From positions 124,001 through 188,000 of the forward strand of contig JASANG010001107.1 in the NCBI GenBank assembly GCA_030248215.1: a DNA stretch of 64,000 bases, written 5' to 3'. Shown piece by piece: positions 14,336-26,625 of the stretch. The DNA is from Enoplolaimus lenunculus. Lineage: Eukaryota. Each line of letters opens with the position of its first letter. The stretch's first letter is position 1. Under the pieces are notes generated by a model, which worked only from the letters and a program-made list of their open reading frames with translations, did not search any database and was not told the DNA's origin. The position numbers were made by a program, and so were the translations under genes.

Positions 14336-15310
14336 TATCTTGCTGTGCATGTTAATAAAGAACGAGTGTACGCACAAGTGTGGAACGAGTGCGATAGCGC
14401 GAGTTCTGCGCAACGTTTGCTGCGCGAGTTCTTGAGTCACGTGCAAAGCACTAGAGCGATGCCGGAGCGCCCCGTACGCTTGAAGCAAGCTCTAGCAGCG
14501 CAGGTTTATATATCGGAATTACAATAAGCCGTGCTGTGCTACATCTGATTTGTACCACGGTCCCAGAACAAACAATCTTTGGTTTCGTTAATAAACTGAC
14601 TAACTAGCACGGGCCCGTAGCTGAGAGGGGAAGGGTTTACTCAGACCTACCAAAAAACTTCGTCAACCTAGAACAATTTTAGACCGCTTGCAATACCAGA
14701 GAACTTTCGACACGCCACTTCTAAAATGGTTTTATAAGTACCACTCTCTTGCATACCGAGACTGCGGACCAAGTGAAGTTTTCCGCCCTTCAACTAAGAG
14801 GAAAACTTTCCTTGTTACATTAAGGAGGAATATCAATCGAGACTACTCTAGAAAATTTAGTAGTTTCTTTGTAGCTTTTTCATAGAATCATCAGAGGGCT
14901 AAAAATTTGAGTTTTAACCGTTAGGGAAAACTTTACTGGATGTCTTAGGGGGATTTTACTTGATCCGAGCTGGTTACAGACCTGAACTAGCATTAAAAAA
15001 CTGTGGAGCCTGAAAAAACCTGCACACGGTGTGTCAAAATTTTATAAACTATAAACCTAACGTGGTTTATATTTTAATGTTATGTTTAATTTGTTTGTTG
15101 TTGTTGTCATTCGTATACAGCCATGCTGTACGGTATACGCATACTACCGTTCGAATCATTCGAGGTGCAGTTAAGGTGTACGTTAACCGTGTCTCAAGTG
15201 TCCCGAACAGTTATGCACTAAAGATACGGTGGTTAAAACAGGGCTCTTAACTATACAAGCCGTGGTACAAGATCCAACATTATATAAACCAAACACCTGA
15301 CATTTGCATG

Positions 15311-18097
15311 TCAAACACAATAACAGTATTTCCTGAGTAAAGCGGAATGTACGCAGATCGATTGATTGCCATACTTGTTTATTCGGTCCACATCACCAAT
15401 GACCGCGGTTCTGGCATTAGGATCCGAGTCTTGTAAACTAGAAGATGTTGTCGTATAGCGTACCGTTCCTTCTAGTACACCGTCACTTGGCGAAACAACA
15501 ATGGTCACCCGAAATTTTACAGATATGGCTGGCGACAAAGAACCGCTTACGTTAGTGAAATACGAAAATATTGACGCTAGCATTCGCGACAAAAACGCAC
15601 CAGCGTGTTCGTACCATTTCCGTTGTGGACTAGCGGCAACCGAACGGCTAGGCAGTACAATTTGAGCATATTTGACAGATTTTAGCGTGAGATGAGCACA
15701 TTTTGTGGCTTCTGACTGTAATAGTATGTTTGTATGTGCGACAATGACGTTAGCTGCGGTTTGAACCAGACTGTCTGAGATTGGTACATCGACTGCGCGC
15801 TCGCAAATACAAAATTCTTCTGGAATCCCAGCATCCGAACAAGTCCTGTTAGACGGAATGGGACGAAACAGGCTAATGCCAAGTCGTTTGCCATCAGAAG
15901 GTTGCCGAAGTGCTGTAGAAAAGCGTGACTCAATCCTAGAGGAACGCCAGTTCTCGCCCAAAGTCAGCACATCGGCCAGCGTGGCGTAAACATCAAACGG
16001 CGACGTAAGACGGTGCGCTGCGTTTTCGGCCAAATTCTGCAAGGCAATGGGATGGCTTTTGGCCCATTCTTTTGGAGGTATAACGGCCAAAAATGGCATG
16101 CGTTCTTCTAGACGTCCAATCACCGATTCACGAATCGCGTCAAAACGATGTCCATGATCTGACATCACAAACAATAGTGTGTGGTTCAAATATGGCGCTA
16201 AAACATCACCGAAAAAACTAGCTATGTCATCGTCGCCAACGCGTACTGAATTTATGAAATCGTGTGATAGCTCAGTAAACCATGCAAGACCAAATTTTGG
16301 AACACGGACAACGCGTCGAATGCTGTTTGCTGTCGGAACTGATTCGCCATCAGTTGTTGAGAATAAATTCAATTTTCGGTTTGAGCCAAACTCAGCTGAA
16401 ATACTACTGTACCGAGTCCAAAACCTCCTCAAATAATCAAGTTGTAGCAAGTGTTTTCGACGGTTTCCGTAACATAAATGAGTTGACCGGCGATGCAAAA
16501 ACGATCCCCACAGCGCGAGCCAGTACGGTCGAAAATAATGTGTCGTTGGACGCCACTGAAATCCTTGCGATAAGTAATTGAACAAATTATAATGCGGATA
16601 GTCTTCGGCATAGAATGTTGCATACCCGGCGTCGGAGAAATTTTTCCATATCAGCGGCCACGAATCAAAAAACGAACGGGACATATCGTCAGGAAAAGTC
16701 GACGGAAATCCAGCAATCGCTTGTCGAACACCGAGTAAAAACGCGGCTGCGTTTGGAAACGAATTGTCACCAACTTTCGAGTAACCGTTAAATACGATTG
16801 CGTGGAGTTGATCATTGAGCACTTTGAGAGTTTTCGGAAGAGTTCGTTCAAAGTTCAGACGAGACATTGAATCGATCACGAACAATAGGACGTCTGGTCG
16901 TTGTGACAACTGATGGGAAGGTATGTTATTAAGCATATCATTCTTTGCGAAACGTTTGACATGAGATTCAAGATACCCTGTTGACGATTTTGCATTGACA
17001 TCGGCGGACGAATAAATTTTGCGATGTGGATGCAAGTGTCGTGAAAATATTTCTACGAGCCGAGTGAAATTAACGGCAACATTTGCGTGAAGATTGTAAT
17101 AGAACGGAAGCGGGATTAAACTGTCACGCCAGCGGCATTCAACCGCAATAAAATCTGAGCGACACTTTAGGCGAACACTCACAAGAGTAGTTGAGCTCTG
17201 CTTGTGCCCATGATTTGAGTCGTTTTTCAAATTTTCCGGCATTGGCACAGCTATTTTGGGCCCGTACTTAATATCGATGTCATTTTTACCGTTTATCCTG
17301 TCAAAGCATTGATACACGCATTCAAGTTGACTAGATATTGACGAATATTGTCTGCTGCTAACTAGCAACGATTGATCATCTAAAAGTGCACTAATGTTCA
17401 CTATTAATTGCCCTGTATCGGTTAAATATGTTAATTCCGGTTGTAGCCGTTTGCAGATTAGCGGTTTCGGTTCGAAAATATATTGTCTAATCGAAGGATC
17501 CCACGGATCTGGACGAGGTATGTTACACGAAAGTGATGAATTATCATCAGCGTTTCCCTCAGTTGTAGCATCTTTGTTTGATCGCACTATGCTTTGAACC
17601 GTAGGAAATGCTGTACCGGTTGAAGTTTGTGCAGAAATCGAACGTTGAGGTGAGTGAATAAATAAATTATTAGAACTTTTCGAATAAACATCGTTCGAGA
17701 ATACAATACGAACGGTTCGTTCTGATGTCGAGCATAGCTTTGACCACCAAATAGCAATAATAAAAAATATAATTATCAAAATTATACATTGTCGTTTACG
17801 CAACAACAAAAATGGACATTTATACAGCCGCCGGCACGACGAATTGTACTCGAACGATGAAAAAGAAAGCGAATGAAAACGCGATGTATCAGCTACAGAT
17901 ACGGAGGCATTGTATTTTTTCGGCGAACCGTAATTTTTGGAACTTAGAATATGCCCATTTTGTATGACTGCGTTATTGTGGTTTTCAGTATTCCATCCGT
18001 TCACACTGTTCTGGTTATGTGCTGTCCTCGCATTGCAATGCGTATTAAACACCGGTGAATATTTATTATTAGTGGCAGTATCAGATCTGTGTGTCAT
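15311..18097 (-). CDS. DUF229-family protein (alkaline phosphatase/sulfatase-like fold), type II membrane protein, intronless CDS, 928 aa
   Basis: Single long ORF with an N-proximal TM segment (IILIIIFFIIAIWW). Motifs C-IP-PDPWDP, VIDSMSR, GYSKVGDNSFPN, ELSHD, MSDHG-RF, EERMPF, TSPFDVYATL, RTCSDAGIPEEFCIC and C-terminal RINKYGNQSIC..RKYCYC are typical of DUF229. Upstream acceptor tttttcaag at ~18130. Confidence 0.9.
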   Translation of the reverse strand: MTHRSDTATNNKYSPVFNTHCNARTAHNQNSVNGWNTENHNNAVIQNGHILSSKNYGSPKKYNASVSVADTSRFHSLSFSSFEYNSSCRRLYKCPFLLLRKRQCIILIIIFFIIAIWWSKLCSTSERTVRIVFSNDVYSKSSNNLFIHSPQRSISAQTSTGTAFPTVQSIVRSNKDATTEGNADDNSSLSCNIPRPDPWDPSIRQYIFEPKPLICKRLQPELTYLTDTGQLIVNISALLDDQSLLVSSRQYSSISSQLECVYQCFDRINGKNDIDIKYGPKIAVPMPENLKNDSNHGHKQSSTTLVSVRLKCRSDFIAVECRWRDSLIPLPFYYNLHANVAVNFTRLVEIFSRHLHPHRKIYSSADVNAKSSTGYLESHVKRFAKNDMLNNIPSHQLSQRPDVLLFVIDSMSRLNFERTLPKTLKVLNDQLHAIVFNGYSKVGDNSFPNAAAFLLGVRQAIAGFPSTFPDDMSRSFFDSWPLIWKNFSDAGYATFYAEDYPHYNLFNYLSQGFQWRPTTHYFRPYWLALWGSFLHRRSTHLCYGNRRKHLLQLDYLRRFWTRYSSISAEFGSNRKLNLFSTTDGESVPTANSIRRVVRVPKFGLAWFTELSHDFINSVRVGDDDIASFFGDVLAPYLNHTLLFVMSDHGHRFDAIRESVIGRLEERMPFLAVIPPKEWAKSHPIALQNLAENAAHRLTSPFDVYATLADVLTLGENWRSSRIESRFSTALRQPSDGKRLGISLFRPIPSNRTCSDAGIPEEFCICERAVDVPISDSLVQTAANVIVAHTNILLQSEATKCAHLTLKSVKYAQIVLPSRSVAASPQRKWYEHAGAFLSRMLASIFSYFTNVSGSLSPAISVKFRVTIVVSPSDGVLEGTVRYTTTSSSLQDSDPNARTAVIGDVDRINKYGNQSICVHSALLRKYCYCV

Positions 18098-18265
18098 TTG
18101 AACGCTCGGATATGGATTTAGAACATAGGCTTGAAAAATTAATAAGCATTTAGATTATATTAAAGAGTGTTTGCGGCAAATGTATGATTAATATGAAAAC
18201 TAAAATAAATATAGCTCATAAGACGAATTTCTTTTTCGACGGACTATATTTTGTCGCGTGATAAG

Positions 18266-18689
18266 CAGTGTGCAACCGGAATTCCGGTTCCGGTACGGAA
18301 ATCCGGCATTTTCCCAATCCGGTTCCGGTAATAAATCCGGAATCTTTTCACCGGAATTTTCCGGAATTTTCGGTATTTAAAATTTTTCTCATTCGTATAT
18401 TTAACAAAACTTGGCATAGGTATTATTCGAATTTACTCATTCTACAATTGTCTGAACGTGACTGGAAAATTTTAATTAGTGCTATACTACATAATTTATC
18501 AATCATTGGTTTCCATATACTACATTTGTTCCAGGATTTTGGCACGTGTATTTACGCAATTAAAAGCGATTAAATTGCGTTAAAAATAAATGTTTCGACA
18601 CAAGTATTTTTTGATTTCCGGTTCCGGCTTCGGTTCCGGTATTTATTAGCTTTCCGGTTCTGGTGTGTTATAAATCCGGTTGCGCCCTG
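18266..18689. mobile_element. hAT-like MITE (CAGGGTGCAACCGG family)
   Basis: cagtgtgcaaccgga ... tccggttgcgccctg; degenerate 8-bp TSD gtgataag/gtgacaac; many TTCCGG subterminal motifs. Confidence 0.7.
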
Positions 18690-19265
18690 GTGACAACATA
18701 AGCTTCACAAATTTACGTAATGCTAAATATGCGGAAAGCAACTTACAGAGCGAAAAAAATACGTGATGGTTTTCTGCTATCCAGTGACGCATCTCCCATC
18801 TATTTAAATGCCGAATTTTTAGATCTTCCCTAAATTGCTTAGCTAAACAGCCAGCTACACAATTTCTTGCTTCATGAATGCATATTAATATATGTGCAAT
18901 TGGCACAATTTAAAACTCCAGTAACATGGCAATATCTTATGGATTATAGTGGTATTCCCACTGTCCTTCTACTGGACAAATTTCCTCAGTAAACTCTATA
19001 TGAAGTCCTACGAGCGTTAAATTACACCCGTAGTTTCAACCTGACAATTTTTGCTCAAAAATTTATAACAGTGAAAAAATCTGTTGACAAAAGTAAGCGA
19101 GAAGTTAGACGTAAACTTCACTCCAACGAGATTTTATTGTTTGTGCAAAAAGCCAAAAACTGTCCAGAGTTTGCCAGTAATAAAATTTGCATTTGCAAAC
19201 GCAGTTCTTTTATTTTAAAGTTTTTAGACACGCAGCAAACGAAAGAAGATTGTTATTTAGTATTG

Positions 19266-19748
19266 CGACAATTCGTCATCAGACAACTCGTCGACTGACA
19301 ACTCTTCGACCTGACGACTCGTCGACCAAACAACTCGTCGACGCGACAGCTCGTCGACCCCGACAACTTATCGCCCGGCAACTCGCAGACCCTGACAACT
19401 TGTCGACCCCCACAACTTGTTGGCCATACAACTCGTCGGCCAGAAGAGCTAGCTGTATCTACTGGTAGGCGACAAGTTGACGGGTCGACGAGTTGCCGGG
19501 TCAAAGAGTAGTATATGCGACAAGTTGTGTAGGTCGACGAGCTGTCAGGGTCGACAAGTTGTCGGTGTCAGCAAGTTGTCGGTGTCGACAAGTTGTCAAG
19601 GTCGACGAGTTGTAGGGTCGACAAGTTGTCGGGTCGACGAGTTGCCGGGTCGACAAATTGGCGAGTCGACGAGTTGTTGGGGCGCAGAGTTGTGGTCCAC
19701 GACGTGTCAGGTGACGAGGTCGACAACCAGTCGGCCGACGAATTGTCG
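19266..19748. mobile_element. Foldback-type element built from ~15-bp GTCGAC-core subrepeats in inverted arms
   Basis: Ends cgacaattcgtc / gacgaattgtcg. The left arm has acaactcgtcgac units and the right arm has gtcgacgagttgt units. It explains the spurious ORFs at 19187-19911. Confidence 0.8.
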
Positions 19749-22700
19749 TAGAATCATTTTAATTTATACTATGCTGAGGAATTTTGTTTTGAAGACTAAT
19801 TTAATTTTTAAAATAATAAAAAATAAGATTTATGGCATCGTTTTACGCATTTTCGTCACTGTCTACAATAAACAGTGTTTACCAACCGACAAATCTGTAC
19901 GCAATTGGTAAACAAAACTTAACCCAGCCAGCAAATATTTACAATTTTACCTGTTAAAATTATGGCTGGCAACCGCCTGCACAGCCATCACCGAACATTT
20001 AATGCCAGTAAGTAAAATAAACAAATATATTTAGTAATTAAATACTTAAAAAACAAACGCACACGCAGAGCAGGAAGAATGTTGGCATTAATTTTTTTGT
20101 GTCTCGTAGTTAAAACTGCCGAAGCCACAAAATTTTAAAAGAAAATTTTTAACCATAACAATGGTTTATGTAATCTTGAACCAGACAATGGCAAGCTTCG
20201 ATTTTTCAAATTTGGCACATTTTTTGCCATTCCGTGGCTACTGTAAACTGGGCGCGGCACCGCTCCGAATAAATAAACTCTGAGCCTTTTAGATTAAAAA
20301 TGGCTTTCTTATAAACTGTAAACGCTGTACGGGTGCTAAAAACATTTTCATGAGCGAAGCGAGCGAGACGCATATTTTTGCATTCAAAGTATAGAGTAAA
20401 CTCTTAAGCTTTGGTTCTAGTGTGGGTTTTTAAGCTGAATTTGTCCTTCAGTCCGGCCCATCTCAGGGCAACCTCCTGACCGAGGATCTATCCCAAACCA
20501 CGGCTCTGGTCATGATTGGTGCTACTTGTGAGCCGAGTTTGATATTTGAAGTTGTTTTTGTTATATGCTATAACTGTCGATAAGTGCTACACACGCTTTA
20601 GAATACAGTACACGACTGAATTATTTAAGCAATTGCTCTGTAAGGAGCCACAACGCAACCATTGCAGCATTATAATGTCTTCCGCTATAAGTAGGCCATC
20701 ATATATTATTTACAGGTGTCTGGAAAGTAGTCTTATCAAACATCTCAAGCATAAACTCCCTTGGCAAAGCATAAAATTCAGTGAGCTTTTGAGTCAAAGA
20801 CGCTAAAATTGCATCAGTACCAATTATATACGCAAGAATGAAGCGATCAGGTGGCCAGGGAAGAACTGCAACCTCCTATCACTGTTTTTGCTATAGGTAC
20901 TAGTCACTGACTGTTGTATAATCGATATTAACGGTCTGTTAAATTGTCAACTTTTATAAATGAATAATTTTTGACTACGCCACCGTGTAATTAGTAAAAC
21001 GTTCTGGAATAAATTCTCATATTTTGCTCAAAAGAAGCCATTTCACATGAAATGTTTATTAAAAATCAGTTTCTGTGGCTGTATATATCATAACACGGAA
21101 ACAAACAAAACAACATGCGCTGTTTAGTAAAAATATTAGTCTAATTATTACTAAAAGATAAAATAAACGTAACCTAAGACCGTGGTAACATTAGTTGAGA
21201 ATACAACCGTGTCACCCTGTAACCTGGTACGGTATCAAACTTGTGTTTATGAATCGATGACCACTTTCAAAATGCTTAACTTCAGTGCAGATCAACTGTT
21301 GTACTGTTTCCCCCAACATGAAAGGTTAAGAATTTAGGTGACAAGGCTTGTCTAAGTCTCTGTTTTAATCTGAAATGTGTACAAAACGTATTAGAACCCC
21401 ACAAGGAGATTAAGTTCACTTCGTAGACAATAGCTTGAGCGACACAGGACACAGTCAGTGCCAGGTTTACGCTGACGGAAACAGGTATATATTTAACCCT
21501 GTTGCCATGGAGTGATTTTTAAACCGGTGCCAGGAGTTGCATGTCGCGTGTTTACTAAAGCTGACGCCTGGCTCAGCAAATTTCAATAGAAGAAGCCAAT
21601 GACAATAAACAAGATACGTTCGAGCAATTTTATTTATAACAAAAACTGAGTGCTTTCAATTGGCGACGCTAGAAGTATAAAAGAATTATTTAGCTATACG
21701 CTAAGCAACTTGTCTCAGCTAAGATATCTATATTATTAATGCTGGAACGCCTCACATACCTATTTCGGACAAGTTTCCAGCATTACTTCGATTACAATAT
21801 TCTCTTAGAATGGAAACGGCATTGTTCTTGAAATGAAAATTTGCATGCAGATTGTTGTGCATTCGCTAACTTTTGCGCATTGCGCAAGCAAAACCGGATG
21901 ACTAGTATTTAATCTATATAGTATTAAATCTGGAACACCCCACATACGGATTTTGGTCAACGTTCCAACCAATTTTATGCAAACTAATTGTAAATTAGTA
22001 TAGTTTGTTAACACTTAGCATAGTTGCACGGAGAAAATTGTTCAGATTTTGTTTATATACTGTTCTATAAGGCTATGCTTCTATTAGTTTACGCTTATTG
22101 CTTATATTTTGTTAAGATATATGCATGTTGTTTCAATGGGTTTCAAGTAGTAACGCGAACCTAAATATAGCAAGCAGGGTTGCAAATGTTGTAACCAGCT
22201 TAACTAGTATGAAAGAATTTATTAAAACCACAATGCAACTCACGTGTCGATCACGGTTAACGGTTCAAGTAAACACACTTGTACGACTATCCTGTCAGCA
22301 TCAACTTAAATATATACTATAGTGTTGGTACTAGGAATTTGAAGCGGCTTGGGCCGTTGCCGAAAAGCGGCTAAAATGTTTGGCCTTTGATCACAACATT
22401 GGCAGATTGCTATTGATGTTTCAGCAAGGCAGCATCATTACCAAGCAGAAATAAATTCGGATTCGGACGCAGCTTCCCTGGAACCCTTCGCGGCACGCCT
22501 CTGTCGAAGCATAACGAAATTTTCATCAGGGCGCGTGCTATTGTCAACGCGAAAAAATATCTACTTTTACTAATAGCAACTAAATTTTTCAACAGTCACA
22601 AAAATAAATCTTCAGCTACAAAATAGCGTATACAACCGCGTTCTTTATATAAATACAGTAAAAAAAATGCACGTTCAATTGACACATTTTGACTATCAAA

Positions 22701-23469
22701 ATTTTTACAGATAATAAACATTAGCCAGAAAAAACATCTCATGGTGTTAAACTTTGCTTAGCTAAGATATACTATGCTGTTGTGAAATTTATCTCATATT
22801 CGGTTCGTTTCACAACTCTTAAAACTGCAATAATCGCCGCCTTAGAGCGTCACAGACTTCGACCTATGTACTGATCAGGGCCGGACCGTTTTTCCTCTTG
22901 ATCACTATGGATGAAGTACGTTTAAGCTTAAGTTGCTTAAGATTAGGTTTTGGCTTAGGTATAGGCTTATCTTTAGGCTTAGGCTAACGCTGACTGCTTA
23001 GAAATATGCAATTATACTGCTGTTATGGTCTGGTTCACACATTAGCCCGAACGGTCAAGCGTCATTTCAGAATCAAAATAGAATATTTCTTGATTTACTA
23101 AGTCCCCTCATTCAACCAGGACTTGAATGTGCTAGAAAAAATTCTGTAGGGCGAAAGGAGCATTTTCCCAATATTGAAATTCGTTTAGTACTGCTGAACG
23201 AAGTTTGGGCCAAACAAGCTAATATATCCGTAGGGTAGGTGGTGCCCTTCATCGCCCCTTTTCTGGTTGTTAAGGCTGTGATTTTTACTTTTAAAATATT
23301 TCACAAGCCACGGATCCAACATGACACAGTATTGGGGATGTGAGGTTGACAGAACTTCCCTCCGCCGAGGAAACGCTTCCGGAAAAGGTAATTTCAGTGA
23401 GAACGAAGAACTGTTAGGCCGAAATGTCTGAACGAAGCGCAAAATATTTTACTGATGTTTTATCTTTAA

Positions 23470-23731
23470 CCCATTCTCAAACTGAGTTGCCTGTAGGCAA
23501 CTCAGCGCAGTGTATATACGTTAAATAGTATATATCGCACCGTGTTTAACAATTGCAACACATATACATAGTACTGAATCACCACAAGACGTGAGAGCCT
23601 CTCGGGCTCGAGCGTCAAGCTCTCATAGCTGAGTGGTGATGGTATACGCCTCCCACTCCAGTCCCTGGAGTTCGAATCCTAGCATAAAAGTAGGTCTCAG
23701 GGGAAATAGAAAATATTCATGTGAGAAAGGG
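23470..23731 (+). mobile_element. Non-autonomous piggyBac-like MITE (262 bp), copy 2
   Basis: TTAA|CCCATTCTCA ... TGAGAAAGGG|TTAA. A box TAGCTGAGTGG at 23626-23636 and B box GAGTTCGAATCC at 23668-23679. Confidence 0.85.
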
Positions 23732-24726
23732 TTAAAGTTGCTAAACGAAACAAACACATTTGATATCGTTAAAAAGCTTTTACATGAGAAGATCACCGTT
23801 TCGAGGGAATAAATATTTTTTGCTAGGAAGCGTAGCGAGCGAGAAGTTTTTACACCTATACAGCAGCGGATGATTTAAAATCCCGTACAAAGGTAAAACG
23901 GTGAAACAAAGAAAACTCGCCAGCGAAGTGAACGAAAGTCCACCGGGCTCGTAGCCAAGGGGGCCAGGGTGGCTCAGCCCCCCCGGGGAAAAATTTTGGC
24001 CCCGCTACAAAGTTTTCAACCTTCCTCGTACGTCACCGAAAATCCTTGTTTGTTCCTCCTGAAAATCTTTTAGTTCCCCCCATTATGGTGAGCTGGCTAC
24101 GGGTCTGAAGTCCACACACAGATTTAGCGTATTGGGCGATGCAATTTTTTAGTTTTGTATTGCTCTACTTATATCCGCTCGTGTATATAACTTTGATTTA
24201 AACAATTTGATGTGTATAGTCAGTAGTGTGAAAGGCTTTAACTGTAAATAAAAACTTTATATTTAAACAACAAAGTTAAAACAGACTAAAAATTGAACAA
24301 CTTACTGCATTGATAGATAAACAAATCTGTCCATCTCTGTATTACAGCTCCGTGTTGTGTATATAGAGTATTTACTGAAAAGTAGTATGTAAAATTTTTG
24401 TAGCGAGTATATAATTATAAACCCCCTGTCCAATGTTAATACTTTAAGGGACGTAACAGTAGATTGTGTAACGACGGGAGGTGAAAAAGCCGGAGGTCAA
24501 CAAAATTTGCCGGAGCCAGAGATGAGGCGAAATAAAGTAGTTAAATTGATGATGTTTACTTTGCTAATATAAGAAAATACCTTTAAGATGTCAAATCTTA
24601 TAGTTTGGGGCTTGTTTTTTACGAAATTTCGGCAAATTTTTCCTTAAAATTCTGCCAAAAGTTAAAACGAAACATATCAAACAAATAAATTTTTATAAAC
24701 AATTTAACATTTTATTATCAAAATTG

Positions 24727-26625
24727 CCGGTGTCACGAAAAAGTTTGCCCCCGAGGAAATATACCCACCGGGCATATGTTCATATAAAAATGTGCCCCCC
24801 AGGAAATTTAAGCTTCGTCACAGAAAGTTACACTAGGATCCGTGGCCGTTTTATAGTTGTGTATTTCCATGTCAGACCAGAGTTTGAAGTGGGTAAGGGT
24901 TTTTACCCGACCCATGCTTTACCCACGCAAATATGATTTTTATACCCGCGGGTATACCCGCGCTAAAAAGTTCTAGCCGCGACCCACCTTTTACCCGCGA
25001 CTGAAGTTAAAATTGAATTTTAAAGATTGCTGGTGACTTACTATTTAATGAAGTTTTCAGGGTGCAACCGGATATCTGTTTCTGTTTAAGAAAATATCGG
25101 TGTCCGTTTCCGTTAGTTGCAATACTGGATATGTATCAGTAACGAAGGGCGGCGGAGGGCGGGTTAAAAATAAATAGTCCGTAACCGAATAACAGGGGGT
25201 ACCGTCTGGAGAGGCCAAATAAATGTCAGTTCCCCCGCTTATTCGGGCCATTACATTAGTTGCTAGGGTATGTTTTGCACGTTAACACATAAAAAGTTGG
25301 TGCGGGTAAGAACTGCCAATTCTTCACCTTCGTGATACAACTCTTTACCCGCGGGTATACCCGCGCCTGAAATTCTTTACCCGACCCGCGATTACCCGCA
25401 GGTAATGTCCAATTCTGTGTCAGAGTCGTCGAATAAGTTTTTCAAATGCACCGTTATTTATAGTGTTTTTTGTAGTTATATTTAAATATTCCGAGTACTT
25501 TGCTGACGATACGCTTGAAGCTTTCGCTGGGAAGTTTAGACACACTTCTGGTGATTCCATTTTATTCATAATATGGTCTCTAATATGTTGATGAATAGTT
25601 CGGTCCATGTGAAGATAAGGGGCGGACAATTTTTTTCACGGGACTGCAATCCAGCAAGCTTAAGCTTTAGATTAGTTATTTGAATTAGGCATGGCTTAGG
25701 CTCAGGAATATGCTTATACTTCTGTTCTTGCCATGTTCTATACACTGCACAAAAGTTTCTTTTCCTATGAAGCAGTATGAGAGAGTCCGAAAATAACAGT
25801 TACAGTCGCCCATTATTTTCCTAATTTCACCGCATCGGGTTTTTTGCAGCAAGCAGTGCTAAGTAATCCTGCGCAAGGACATGAGACCTTTTGTGCCAAC
25901 TTGGCGAGCCGTGCTGTGCGACTCATGTTGAAAAGGGGCCTATAATAAACGCTGTACTGTATTGACCCGAATAAGAGGGGGAGGGGGTCCCATTTTGAGT
26001 CCGAATCAATACGAGTCCGTATCCCTAATAAGTGCCCGTAAGCGGCTAGGACCCCAGAACACTAACTAGAGTCCATAAATGTTAATTACCCTAACTGTAG
26101 CAAATAAATGACTCCAGGATCAAATAATTTGAGTTAGAAACTTTAAAGCGTACTTAAATTTTGAAAGTACATTCCTAAGTAAACCTTGTCGCAAGACAAA
26201 TAAACGTTTAATTCAACGGATAATTGCAGTACCGGATATATATCAGTAACGAAGGCCGCCGGATCGTGGGTTAAAAATAAATAACACTCCGTAATCGAAT
26301 AACAAGGGGGTTCCCTCTGAAGAGACCAAATAAATATCAGCCCCCCTCTTATTCGGGTCACTACTGTAACAGCAATAACAGTGCGCTTCAAAACCTTATT
26401 CGACGAATCTCACATGGAAATACGCAAGTGTGAAACCGCCACTGGTCGTTGTGCTGCTTTGTCATAAAAAGTTTAAGTGGACGGGGGGGGGGGGGCAAAT
26501 TTTTATAAAGGCGGATTTTTTCATTGAGGTTCTCTATAAAAACTTGCCCGGGTGGAGGCCCATTTTTGTATGAATATTTGCCCGAGGCATATTTTCATGG
26601 GGGGCAAAATTTTTCGAGACACTGG
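24727..26625. mobile_element. Long-TIR non-autonomous element containing nested insertions
   Basis: ccggtgtcacgaaaaagtttgccccc... / ...ggggggcaaaatttttcgagacactgg. Homology between the arms continues across the nested insert. Confidence 0.65.
24878..25417. mobile_element. hAT-like MITE nested in the 24727-26625 element
   Basis: 8-bp TSD tgtcagac/tgtcagag; CAGAG...TCTG ends; tacccgcgggtatacccgcg subterminal repeats; contains a further cagggtgcaaccgg fragment at 25058. Confidence 0.7.

Noticed and set aside
19187..19911. ORFs of 83-144 aa; CRISPR-like periodicity
   Set aside because: These are translations of a 15-bp modular foldback repeat, with no unique spacers, no cas genes and a eukaryotic context.
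23619..23690. Functional tRNA gene
   Set aside because: A and B boxes are present, but I cannot fold an acceptor stem or a clean anticodon arm, and the segment is embedded in a TIR element.
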